Shown: positions 1-8,726 of the stretch, one piece after another
How the letters are laid out: every line of letters begins with the position of its first letter
Position numbering within the stretch: the first letter of the stretch is position 1
NCBI GenBank assembly: GCA_963709185.1
Contig: CAVPVQ010000029.1
Location: forward strand, 1,122-65,121
DNA length: 64,000 nucleotides
Reading direction: 5' to 3'
Source of the DNA: an uncultured Alphaproteobacteria bacterium
GTDB lineage: Bacteria > Pseudomonadota > Alphaproteobacteria > Rhizobiales > Beijerinckiaceae
Notes under the pieces: generated by a model
Seen by the model: only the letters and a program-made list of their open reading frames with translations
The model's database searches: none
Told to the model about the DNA's origin: nothing
Program-made: the position numbers and the translations under genes

Positions 1-374
1 CTCTCTTGCGGTCGACCTGCTCGAAACCCGCCGGTACGACCTGTTATTTGGTCCAATAGTTGCTGCTGAATTGCGAAAGGCATTGCCCCTCCCCGTCGCG
101 ATTTCTTGAGCAGGTCAAAGACCGAACAGACGTGACGAATTGTTTGCTCGTTCAGCGTCATCTCCGGCCAATCCGCCCGCACAACGGACCGCTGATCCCG
201 CAGCGCCCGAAATCAACCGCTTCGCGGCGCGAAAGGCAAGGCGGCGCAGCCTCCGGCGCGCCATTATCTCGCCCCGCGTCGCTTTTCCCGCGTTCGGCGA
301 ACGACTAAGACTAGGAGGCGATCGGGCCCGCGCCGGCCCGCCCGCCCGGCCAAATCGAAACTGGAGGGAGCGCC

Positions 375-1013
375 ATGAAAGCTCGCACACAACCTGGACG
401 CACATCGCAATATGCGCGGAAAACGCCGGCTCGCGGGCGTTGTCTGGCGACGCTCCGGCCCGACGGCGCTGAGGCTTCGGGCCAATCATCGCTTGTGCGG
501 TTTCTGGCGGCGGCGGCGGCCGTATCGATGCTGCTCGTTTCGACGGCGCCCGTCCACGCGCAGGCGGGCGGGTGCGAACTCATCCCCGACGACCGCAATC
601 CGCCGGAAAAGATCTTGCGATGCGGCGCGGCGCTGGAGGTCCGCTCCGCGCATCAGACCGACTATCACGCCGTCGATCAGGCCGGGAACGCGCCGCCGAA
701 CGCGATACAACTCGACTCCGGCGCCCTGATGATCGAGTTCCACCCGAGCAAGGGACACAGACACTTCCAGATTCTGACGCCCAACGCGATCGCCGCCGTG
801 CGCGGGACGAAATGGGTCGTCGAAGTCTCGTCCGCGCGCACGTCGACTTTCGTCATCGCCGGAAGGGTCGCCGTTTCGCGCCCGCACGGCGAGCAGACGG
901 TGCTTCTGAGGCCCGGCGAGGGAGCGGACGTCGCTCCGGACGGCGCGCCGATCGTCGTCAAGCGCTGGGCCGCGCCGCGCGTGCAGGCGCTTCTCGCGCG
1001 CTTCGGGCAATAG
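375..1013 (+). CDS. FecR-domain periplasmic protein
   Basis: GGAGGG RBS before ATG 375; signal-like stretch (FLAAAAAVSMLL..AHA); FecR-type motif FQILTPNAIAAVRGTKWVV..STFVIAGRVAV. The start could be GTG 495. Confidence 0.8.
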   Translation: MKARTQPGRTSQYARKTPARGRCLATLRPDGAEASGQSSLVRFLAAAAAVSMLLVSTAPVHAQAGGCELIPDDRNPPEKILRCGAALEVRSAHQTDYHAVDQAGNAPPNAIQLDSGALMIEFHPSKGHRHFQILTPNAIAAVRGTKWVVEVSSARTSTFVIAGRVAVSRPHGEQTVLLRPGEGADVAPDGAPIVVKRWAAPRVQALLARFGQ

Positions 1014-2875
1014 TGCGGCTCAGCGCTCCTTCGCTCGCCAGCCTCATCACCGCCGCCTTTGTCGCGGCGGGCGTTCTGTGGGGCGGATTCCTCGGCGCCG
1101 CGCAGATCTCGGGGGTCGGCTCGTTCCTCGACGGCCTCGAATATCTCACCCTCGACTGGCGTTATGCGCTGGCGGGCCCGAGACCCGCTCCGCGCGGCGT
1201 GGTCGTCGCCGCCATCGACGACGAAATGGTCCATGACGCCGGCGCCTATCCGCTGCCTCGTGGCGTGCTGGCCCGCATCATCCGCGGCCTCGCGGCGCTC
1301 GATCCCCAGGCGATCGCGATCGACATCGCGTTTCTCGACGCCGGTCAGGCCGAGGAGGACAAGCAGCTTGCCGAGGCGCTCCAGTCGACCAGGTCGGTCA
1401 TCGCCGCCATCGGCGTCTTCGACGGCGAGCGCGCGCGGGACCAGCCATGCGGGGCGAACTTGCTGCCCGGCATTCCTCGGCCAACGCGCGTGCTGTGGCC
1501 CACCGCCCCGCTCCGCGATTCCGCGCGATCGGCCCTCGTCAATGTGACGACCGACGCCGGCGGGATCCCGCGGTTCATCCCGATGATCTATTGCTCGGAC
1601 GATGTGGTCGTCCCGTCGTTCGCCCTGGCCGCGGCGTCCATCGCCTTGAGCGCGGAGCCGGTGCTCGGGATCGACGCGCTGAAGCTCGCGGGGAGAGCCA
1701 TCAGCATGGACATCGGCTATCACTTGCCGATCCGCTACTACGGTCCACGCGGCGCGATCCGGCGGTTCAGCGCCGCGCGGATCATCCACGGCGACCTCAA
1801 TCCCGACGACGTGCGCGGCCAGATCGTCATCCTGGGCGCCACGGCGCTGGGCGTCGGCGACACATTCGCCACGCCGTTCGACCGCATCGTGCCGGGGGCC
1901 GAGATTTTCGGCACGGCGATCACCAATCTTCTGGCCGGCGACGGCCTGATCCGGACGGCGCTGGTTCGAGAAATCGACGCGGGCGCGGCGGTCCTGTTGC
2001 CGTCCGTCACGGTCCTGCTGATGGCGATGCGCCGACCGTTCGCCGGATTGGGGCTTGCCGGTCTGCTCTTCGCGCTGTTTCTCGCGCTGGCGTTCGCCGC
2101 CTTTCTCCAGGGCTACTGGTTCAGCGTCGCAATTCCGCTCGCCGCGTCCATACCGGTCGTGCTCGCCTATGGCGCGACGCGGCTGGGGCTGGACCGCTAC
2201 GCCGCCGGCCGCCTGAAAACCGACCGGGCGACCCTGGCGCAGTTCCAGTCTCCGCTGTTGGTCGAGCACATCCTCAACAATCCCAGGTTTCTTGAAAGCC
2301 CGGTGCATCAGGGCGTGGCGGTGGTGTTTCTCGACCTTTCGGGCTTCACCGGCGCAGCCGAGATCCTCGGGCCGCTGTGGACGCGCGATCTGCTCGCAGC
2401 GTTTCAGGCGCTGATCGAAGGCGTCGCGCTCGCCCACGGCGGATTCGTCGTCAGCTTCATGGGCGACGGCGCGATGATCGTCTTCGGTCTGCCGGAGCCG
2501 CGGCCGGACGATGCGTCGCGCGCGCTTGTCGCGATCGGCCGCCTGCGCGAAGCCGTCGCCGCATGGCTGGACGGGCTGCCGTCGGTCGCCCGCGACCGGC
2601 TTCGCGCGCGTATCGGCGGACATTTCGGTCCGGCGGTGGTCTCGCTGCTCGGATCCGCGCACCATCGGCATGTCGCGGCGACCGGCGACACGGTCAATGT
2701 CGCGAGCCGGCTGCTCGAGGTGGCGAAGGAGCGGCGATGCGGCGTCGTGGTCAGCGAGGAGCTTTGCGCCGCGGCCGTTCCGCCGCAATCTTTTCCCGAC
2801 GACGCCGATGTCGTCGCCCTGGAGGTCGGCATTCGCGGGCGCGCGCAACCCTTGCGGATTCGCGCCTGGCGCTGA
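1013..2875 (+). CDS. CHASE2-domain membrane adenylate/guanylate cyclase (class III)
   Basis: GTG start overlaps the fecR TAG; N-terminal TM; CHASE2 (VVVAAIDD, IAIDIAF, PGAEIFGTAITNLL); 3 TMs; cyclase motifs VFLDLSGFT, FMGDGAM, GDTVNVASRL. The track ORF from 572 over-extends the 5' end. Confidence 0.9.
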   Translation: MRLSAPSLASLITAAFVAAGVLWGGFLGAAQISGVGSFLDGLEYLTLDWRYALAGPRPAPRGVVVAAIDDEMVHDAGAYPLPRGVLARIIRGLAALDPQAIAIDIAFLDAGQAEEDKQLAEALQSTRSVIAAIGVFDGERARDQPCGANLLPGIPRPTRVLWPTAPLRDSARSALVNVTTDAGGIPRFIPMIYCSDDVVVPSFALAAASIALSAEPVLGIDALKLAGRAISMDIGYHLPIRYYGPRGAIRRFSAARIIHGDLNPDDVRGQIVILGATALGVGDTFATPFDRIVPGAEIFGTAITNLLAGDGLIRTALVREIDAGAAVLLPSVTVLLMAMRRPFAGLGLAGLLFALFLALAFAAFLQGYWFSVAIPLAASIPVVLAYGATRLGLDRYAAGRLKTDRATLAQFQSPLLVEHILNNPRFLESPVHQGVAVVFLDLSGFTGAAEILGPLWTRDLLAAFQALIEGVALAHGGFVVSFMGDGAMIVFGLPEPRPDDASRALVAIGRLREAVAAWLDGLPSVARDRLRARIGGHFGPAVVSLLGSAHHRHVAATGDTVNVASRLLEVAKERRCGVVVSEELCAAAVPPQSFPDDADVVALEVGIRGRAQPLRIRAWR

Positions 2876-2911
2876 ACGGGTCGGGCGTGTCGCGGTAAAT
2901 CCAAACCGGCG

Positions 2912-2927
2912 TGTTCCCTGAGGAACA
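2912..2927 (+). promoter_or_regulatory. Clr/CRP-type palindromic box TGTTCC-CTGA-GGAACA
   Basis: Perfect 6-4-6 palindrome matching the rhizobial Clr consensus as I recall it (HGTYHC-N4-GRWACA); a second copy at 7620-7635 lies the same distance (94 nt) from its ATG. Confidence 0.7.
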
Positions 2928-3020
2928 GCGCGCCCGGTCGATTTCAACGATCGTGCTGCTGCGAGACGGTCGACCGCGACGAATGTTCGTCCGGACCGCT
3001 CGAAGACAGGAGTAACGATC

Positions 3021-3302
3021 ATGAAAAATCTTGCTGGCTATTCTATCGCCGCCTTCGCCGGCGCCACGATGCTCGCGATGTCCATGAGCCCGGCGTCCGC
3101 CTTCACTCTGTCCGGGCCTTCCCTGGAGCAGCCCGTCGCTTCCGCGCAGATCGACAAGGTCTGGTGGCGGGGCGGCGGCTGGCGGGGCGGATGGGGCTAT
3201 CGCGCATGGGGCTGGCGCCGTCCGGTCTGGGGTTGGACCGGTTACGCGTACTATCCGGGCTATTGCTGGCGCGGCTACTACGGCTACCTCCATTGCAACT
3301 GA
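3021..3302 (+). CDS. Small secreted Gly/Trp/Tyr/Arg-rich protein, 93 aa
   Basis: AGGAG RBS; Sec signal ending ASA; C-terminal WWRGGGWRGGWGY...YCWRGYYGYLHCN low-complexity tail with two Cys. Confidence 0.85.
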   Translation: MKNLAGYSIAAFAGATMLAMSMSPASAFTLSGPSLEQPVASAQIDKVWWRGGGWRGGWGYRAWGWRRPVWGWTGYAYYPGYCWRGYYGYLHCN

Positions 3303-3333
3303 AATCGCGACACGGCGCCGACGTCAGGCGCGA

Positions 3334-3365
3334 GACGGCCGTCGACCTCCAATCCGACGGCCGTC
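3334..3365. terminator. 11-bp perfect hairpin GACGGCCGTCG-N10-CGACGGCCGTC
   Basis: Inverted repeat about 30 nt after the stop of 3021-3302; no U-tract, so it may be an mRNA-stabilising stem instead. Confidence 0.35.
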
Positions 3366-3483
3366 AAACGCCCGCGGCGGGGCCGGGATTCGCAGGCGCG
3401 ACGCGGCGTTGCCGACAACGCCGAGTCGCGGCATAGTGACGTCCGAACCGAAGCTCATGGCTGTCCCGGACAGGCAGGCGCGA

Positions 3484-3978
3484 ATGAGGCTGGTCACCGC
3501 CATCGCCATTCTGGCTCTCGCAGCGGGCGCGTCAGCCTCACTGCCGGCAAGCGCGTTCGCGCAGGATCAACCTGCCACGCCCGACACGGCCTATGTCCCG
3601 AACGTGAGCGATGTGATGGGGCAAACGCAGCTCCGCCATTTCAAGCTCGGCTATGCCGGCGCTCTCGGAAACTGGGCGCTCGCCAACTACGAACTTGGAC
3701 TTGTCGCCGACAGTTTCCACACGACGTCCACACTGTTGGCCGCGCCCAGCGATGCGCGCCTCGCGCAACTGTTGACGCAGGACTCGGCGCCGCCGCTCTC
3801 CGATATCGGCAAGGCGATCGCCGCCGGAAGCAAAGAGGATTTCGGCCGCGCTTTCGAGCGGCTGACCGACGCCTGCAACGCCTGCCACAGCGCCGCGCGG
3901 GTCGGCTTCATCAAAATCAAGTTCCCAACCACCTCGCGCAATTTCCTGTTCAGCAACCAGATCTTTCCCCCGGAATAG
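3484..3978 (+). CDS. Periplasmic monoheme c-type cytochrome, class II-like (C-terminal CXXCH), paralog 1
   Basis: Signal peptide; helical body; CNACH near the C-terminus. Start could also be 3457 or 3409. Confidence 0.75.
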   Translation: MRLVTAIAILALAAGASASLPASAFAQDQPATPDTAYVPNVSDVMGQTQLRHFKLGYAGALGNWALANYELGLVADSFHTTSTLLAAPSDARLAQLLTQDSAPPLSDIGKAIAAGSKEDFGRAFERLTDACNACHSAARVGFIKIKFPTTSRNFLFSNQIFPPE

Positions 3979-4016
3979 CGGCGACGCGTCACGCGCCGCC
4001 ATTCATCGTTGACGCC

Positions 4017-5856
4017 GTGCACGAGACCTCCGCCGATCAGCCCGCCGAAGCGCCCGCCGCGACGCCGCGGCCGATGCTGATCTATGACGGCGATTGCGCA
4101 TTCTGCGGCTACTGGGCGCGCTACTGGCGCAAGCTCACCGGCGAGCGCGTCGAATATCGGCCCTACCAGGACGCCGCCGCGCGGTTTCCCGAGATTTCAG
4201 AGGCCGAATTCCGGCGCGCCGCGCAGTTCATTGCGCCCGACGGACATCGCGCCAGCGGCGCCGAGGCCAGTTTCCTGACCTTGAGCCACGCGCGCGGCAG
4301 GGGATGCTGGCTCGTCCTCTACCGCCATCTGCCCGGCTTCGCCGCGGTCTCGGAGCGGGCTTACGCATTCATCGCCGCGCATCGCTCGGCCTTCTTCCGC
4401 GTCAGCCTGATGCTGTGGGGCGCCGAGCACGCGCCGCCGCGCTACGATCTCGTGTCGTTCTTGTTCCTGCGGCTGTTCGGGCTGATCTACCTCTCGGCGT
4501 TCCTCTCCTTCGCGGTGCAGGCGCAGGGGCTGATCGGCAGCGACGGCGTCCTGCCGCTGACCGATTTCGTCGACGCGCTCGCCGACCGTCTCGGCTCCCA
4601 GCGTTTCTTCCTCGCGCCGATGGTGTTCTGGCTCAACGACAGCGATGGGGCGATTCAGGCGGTTTGCTGGGCCGGCGCCGGGCTATCGCTGCTGCTGGTC
4701 GCCAATCTCGCGCCGCGCCTCAGCCTGCTTCTGCTCTATGCGCTCTATCTCTCGCTGTTCTACGCCGGCCAGACCTTCATGAGCTTCCAGTGGGACACGT
4801 TCCTGCTGGAGACCGGATTTGTCGCGCTGCTGCTGAGCTTCGCCACCGCGCAGGGCGTCTGGCTGCTGCGCTGGTTGCTGTTCCGTTTCATGTTCATGTC
4901 GGGCGTCGTCAAGCTGCTGAGCGGCGACGCCAATTGGTGGGGTCTGTCGGCGCTGTCGAAGCATTTTCTGACCCAGCCGCTGCCGACCCCGCTGGCCTGG
5001 CACGCCGCGCAACTGCCGTCGGACCTGCTGAAATTCGCCACCGGCGCCATGTTCGTCGTCGAGCTGATCCTGCCGTTCCTGATTTTCTTCCCGCGCCGGA
5101 TGCGGTTCCTCTCGGCGTTCGGCATCCTCACGCTGCAGAGCGGCATTCTCCTCACCGGCAATTACAACTGGTTCAATCTGCAGACCATGTTGCTGTGCCT
5201 GCCGCTGTTCGACGACGCGGCGGCGCGCAATATCCTGCCGGGTCCGCTGGTCCGGCTGTCTCCAGCGGGGCGCGGCGAACCACGCGCCGCGACGAGTGGG
5301 CGCGTTCGCGGTCAACGCCCTGGCGCTGCTGCTCGTGTTCTGCAGCCTGACGCTGATGGACCTGCGTTTCGGCGGCGATCCGCCGGCGACGGCGCAGGCG
5401 GTCGACGGCGCGATCGAGCCGCTGCATATCGTCAGCGCCTATGGTCTGTTCGCGGTGATGACCACGCAGCGCGACGAAATCGTCATCGAGGGTTCGAACG
5501 ACGGCGTCGAGTGGCGCGAATACGAATTCCGCTACAAGCCCGGCGATGTCGCGCGCCGCCCGCTCTGGAACATCCCGCATCAGCCGCGGCTCGACTGGCA
5601 GATGTGGTTCGCCGCGCTCGAAGACCCGAGGGATCTGCCGTGGTTTTCACAATTCGTGATCCGGCTGCTGCAGAACGAACCCGCCGTGACGGCGCTGCTG
5701 GAAAAGAACCCTTTTCCGGATCACCCGCCAACCTACGTGCGCGCGCAGTTCTACGAATACACCTACGCCAGCCGTGAGGAAAAGGCGGAAGGCCGGTGGT
5801 GGGACCGCCGGTTGCTGGGCCTGTATTTTCCCGCTGCGCGGCTGAGGGGCAAGTGA
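4017..5856 (+). CDS. DCC1-like thiol-disulfide oxidoreductase (DUF393) fused to a lipase maturation factor (LMF1) family membrane protein; frameshift near 5259
   Basis: IYDGDCAFC (DxxCxxC) N-domain; LMF motifs FQWDTFLLETGF, WLLFRFMFMSGVVKL, TQPLPTPLAW, LTGNYNWFN; C-terminal part (YGLFAVMTT..REYEFRYKPG..PHQPRLDWQMWFAAL) continues in the 5296-5856 frame. Confidence 0.85.
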
Positions 5857-6071
5857 TCGCGTCGTCGGCAAGCGGTCGCCAGGAAACAGCATTTCTCGGA
5901 CCGGCCCGATCGAACAGCGAAGGCCTGCCTTTCGGGGCGCGCCTCACACTTCATGCTCGGGCGAGGCTCACCCGGATCATGGCGCCGGCTCCTTCAGGGA
6001 GCGAATACAAGGGGCCGGCGATACCGGAGCGCCGCGTCGCCGCGGCGCTCCACAGTCGATGGATTCGGCTC

Positions 6072-7526
6072 TCAGTATTTCCCAAGAAGAGCCTTGATCA
6101 TGTTCGAGAGGGGATTGACGCCGGCCGTCTGGGCGGCCCCGCCCGTCAGTCCACCGCCGGCGCTGCCGCCAAGACCAGTGCCAAAACCTGTTTCAGTCGC
6201 GGTGACCGGGTTGACCACGGATGCATTGATGCCGATTTTCCCTGCCCCCGAGAGTCCTCCCGCGCCGAGTATCGCCATGCCGAGATAGCCCCAATCCGTT
6301 GCGATGCCCTGCACGGCGTTGATGTCTCCCGCCGTCAACGGCGGGGCGCCCTGGGTCGGCAGGCCGACGTTGAAAATCGCCGGCACCGAACCGTTGAGCT
6401 GGCTGCCAACCGAACTGGGGTTGGGGTTGTTGGAGCCGAACGGATTGGCGATGATGAAGCTGTTGGTGGCGTTGGCCTGGCTCGTTCCGATGTTGATGGC
6501 GCCGGATCCATTCGCGCCATTGGTCGGAAGCTTGATCACGATCGGCGGCGCCGTCCCGAGCCCGCCGTTGTTGCCCGCGTCGCTCGTGGCGGCGGCGGCC
6601 GTCCATTGCGATTGATTGATCAACGACGCCACTGAGTTGACCGCGCCCAGAGCGCCGCCCGCGCTGAGTCCGCTCTGCGGCGCCGGCTTCGCGTTGGCCG
6701 CCGCTCCCGCGAGCGCTCCCGCCGAGGATTGCGCCGCCGCTATGTTGGCGGCAATCGCGTTGCCGGCGGCTGTGAACGCGTTCTGGGCGTTGGAGACGAA
6801 CATCGACGGCGCGCCGCCGGATGCGCCGCCAATGGCGGCGCCGACCTTGCTCCCCGCCTCGCCCCATCCGAACATTTGCAAGTTGGTGAGGCCGTTGCTC
6901 TGGCTGATGGCGGTCTGGAGATCGGTGACGCTGCTGGTCGAGGACGGAGCGGTCAGGTCGGTGAGGCTCGCCAGCGAGTCCGGAGCGCTGCTCGCGCCGG
7001 TGTAGGGACCGTAGTCGGGCGTCGTCGTGCCCGGCTTGGGAACCGGGATCGGTCCGGTGGCGATGGTCGCCTTGACGTTCGGCGCGGCGAAGGTCGACCC
7101 GCCGGCCGCAAGGCCCGCGGCGGTAGTCACCGGCGTCGTAGAGATATGCAACGGGGTGATCGTGGTGTTGGCCGAAAGGCCTGCCGCCGTGGTCACCGGC
7201 GTCGTGGAAATATGCAGCGGGGTGATGGTGGTGTTGGCCTGCAGGCCGGCCGCGGTGGTCACCGGCGTGGTGGAAATGTGGAACGGGGTGATCGTGGTGT
7301 TGGCCTGCAGGCCCGCCGCCGTGGTCACCGGCGTGGTGGAAATGTGGAACGGGGTGATCGTGGTGTTGGCTTGCAGGCCCGCCGCCGTGGTCACTGGCTT
7401 CGAGGACACCGGCTGGCCGAGATAGTTCAGCGGCGTCGTGTTGAGCATCTGCGCCGCGTGGGCGCCGGCGAGGCCAGCGAGGCTAAAGACGAGGGCGATC
7501 GCCGTGGTCTTGGTGAAGCGGTTCAT
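6072..7526 (-). CDS. Secreted Thr/Ala/Gly/Ser/Asn-rich protein with 22-aa tandem repeats
   Basis: AGGAG RBS before ATG 7526; signal peptide MNRFTKTTAIALVFSLAGLAGAHA; about 484 aa, no Cys, no recognisable domain. Confidence 0.85.
   Translation of the reverse strand: MNRFTKTTAIALVFSLAGLAGAHAAQMLNTTPLNYLGQPVSSKPVTTAAGLQANTTITPFHISTTPVTTAAGLQANTTITPFHISTTPVTTAAGLQANTTITPLHISTTPVTTAAGLSANTTITPLHISTTPVTTAAGLAAGGSTFAAPNVKATIATGPIPVPKPGTTTPDYGPYTGASSAPDSLASLTDLTAPSSTSSVTDLQTAISQSNGLTNLQMFGWGEAGSKVGAAIGGASGGAPSMFVSNAQNAFTAAGNAIAANIAAAQSSAGALAGAAANAKPAPQSGLSAGGALGAVNSVASLINQSQWTAAAATSDAGNNGGLGTAPPIVIKLPTNGANGSGAINIGTSQANATNSFIIANPFGSNNPNPSSVGSQLNGSVPAIFNVGLPTQGAPPLTAGDINAVQGIATDWGYLGMAILGAGGLSGAGKIGINASVVNPVTATETGFGTGLGGSAGGGLTGGAAQTAGVNPLSNMIKALLGKY
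7110..7397 (-). repeat. 66-bp (22-aa) tandem repeat, 4 full copies plus a partial: PVTTAAGLQANTTITP(F/L)HISTT
   Basis: accggcgtgg recurs at 7261 and 7327 (period 66); the copies differ mostly at synonymous positions. Confidence 0.95.
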
Positions 7527-7619
7527 GGTCGTTGCTCCTGTTAGCGAGAGGCCCGGACGATCATTCGTCCCCGTCAACTTTCTCGTGGAAGCATCATCGC
7601 CGTCCGCCCCGTCCGGCGC

Positions 7620-7635
7620 TGTTCCCGGGGTGACA
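7620..7635 (-). promoter_or_regulatory. Second Clr/CRP-type box TGTCAC-CCCG-GGAACA in the divergent promoter
   Basis: Matches HGTYHC-N4-GRWACA; 94 nt from ATG 7526 and 67 nt from divergent ATG 7702. Confidence 0.7.
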
Positions 7636-7701
7636 GCCCGGCGCGCCGACTTCGCCTACCGTCATGGGCATCGAACGGCTCAACCCGACGGAGTGAACGC
7701 C

Positions 7702-8589
7702 ATGCCGCGCCAAGCCAGCCTCATCGCCAGCGTCTCGACAGTCCTCGCCGCGACCCTCCTCGCCTCCCTCGCCCACGCCAGCGAGGCCGCTCAGCCCCTC
7801 GACCATTCGCTGGCGCTGCCGGGACAACTGGTGCGCGTCGCCGACGCCAACGCGGCGACCTGCGTCAAAGCCCCCGCCCCGGTCGATCTGAAGGCGCTCG
7901 GCGACGCGATCAAGGCGCAGATCGTCCATCGGGCGCGGCTGGAGGCCGAGCTGCAGGGGCGCGGCGACATCGAACTCCCGGCGCCGCTGCAAGGCCAGCA
8001 GGGCGTCGAGCCAATCGCCGGCGCGCTGCGCGACGAACAGGCGGTGTTCGCCGCCCGCAAGGACGCCCTGAGCGCCCAGGTCGCCTCGCTGACCCAGGAC
8101 AAGGGGTTCTCGCAGCGCGAGATCGAGCTGACCACCGCCAAGGAGGCGGCGCTCGCCCGCCAGGAGGCGCTCGCCCAGAAGGACCTCGACAAGATCGGCG
8201 GCCTGCTCAGCGAGGGGCTGGTTTCCGGACCGCAGAAGCTCGCGCTGGAGCAGAACATCCTGCAGGCCGAGGCCAGCCGGCTCGACGTCAAGCTGGCGAC
8301 GCTGCGCGCGCAGCAGGAGATCAGCAAGATCGACCGCAACATCGTCGATATTCGCAACCAGTGGCGCAACGATTCGCTGGCCGAGTTCAACAAGACCCAG
8401 GCGGCGCTAATCGACCTCGCGCAGCAGGCGCGCGCCGCCGAGGCCGCCGCCGCCACGCCCGCGGCCGCGCCGGCCGAATGCGGCGAGGCGAAGGACGCGC
8501 TCTACATCATCCTGCGCGGCCCCGGCGGCGCCATGCAGGCCTTCCCCGTCGCCGCCGGCGGGCCGGCGATCGCGCGCAACGGACAATGA
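7702..8589 (+). CDS. Periplasmic long coiled-coil protein resembling the ExoF/HlyD-AprE alpha-hairpin, without a Poly_export domain
   Basis: GGAG RBS; signal peptide; RARLEAEL..EQAVFAARKDALSAQVASL..GLVS..LEQNILQAEASRLDVKL heptads; short C-terminal YIILRG remnant. Confidence 0.65.
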   Translation: MPRQASLIASVSTVLAATLLASLAHASEAAQPLDHSLALPGQLVRVADANAATCVKAPAPVDLKALGDAIKAQIVHRARLEAELQGRGDIELPAPLQGQQGVEPIAGALRDEQAVFAARKDALSAQVASLTQDKGFSQREIELTTAKEAALARQEALAQKDLDKIGGLLSEGLVSGPQKLALEQNILQAEASRLDVKLATLRAQQEISKIDRNIVDIRNQWRNDSLAEFNKTQAALIDLAQQARAAEAAAATPAAAPAECGEAKDALYIILRGPGGAMQAFPVAAGGPAIARNGQ

Positions 8590-8726
8590 CCGAACCGGCG
8601 CACGCCAAGCCGACTTCGTCTCCGACGGTGACCCAAGCCCGCCGCGGCGGTTCAGCATTGCCGGGAGCGCCGGGCCGGGGCAGTATAATCGCCCCGCCCC
8701 TGTCGATCCCCGGGAAGCCGGTTCAC

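Noticed and set aside
49-64. Sigma-54 promoter TGGTCC-N5-TTGCT
   Set aside because: GG-N10-GC spacing fits, but the -24 element deviates from TGGCAC, it is 310 nt from the next start and no activator context is visible; chance match not excluded.
572-1012. N-terminal extension of the CHASE2 cyclase ORF
   Set aside because: Overlaps fecR in another frame and is Arg-rich junk; GTG 1013 gives a normal TM start.
6072-7526. Curlin/CsgA or ice-nucleation protein
   Set aside because: The repeat lacks the curlin Q-x-G-x-x-N pattern and the AGYGSTxT octamer; no csg secretion genes nearby.
8586-8726. N-terminal extension of cytochrome paralog 2 from the ATGA overlap
   Set aside because: It would bury the signal peptide; TATAAT at 8684 and alignment with paralog 1 favour ATG 8727.
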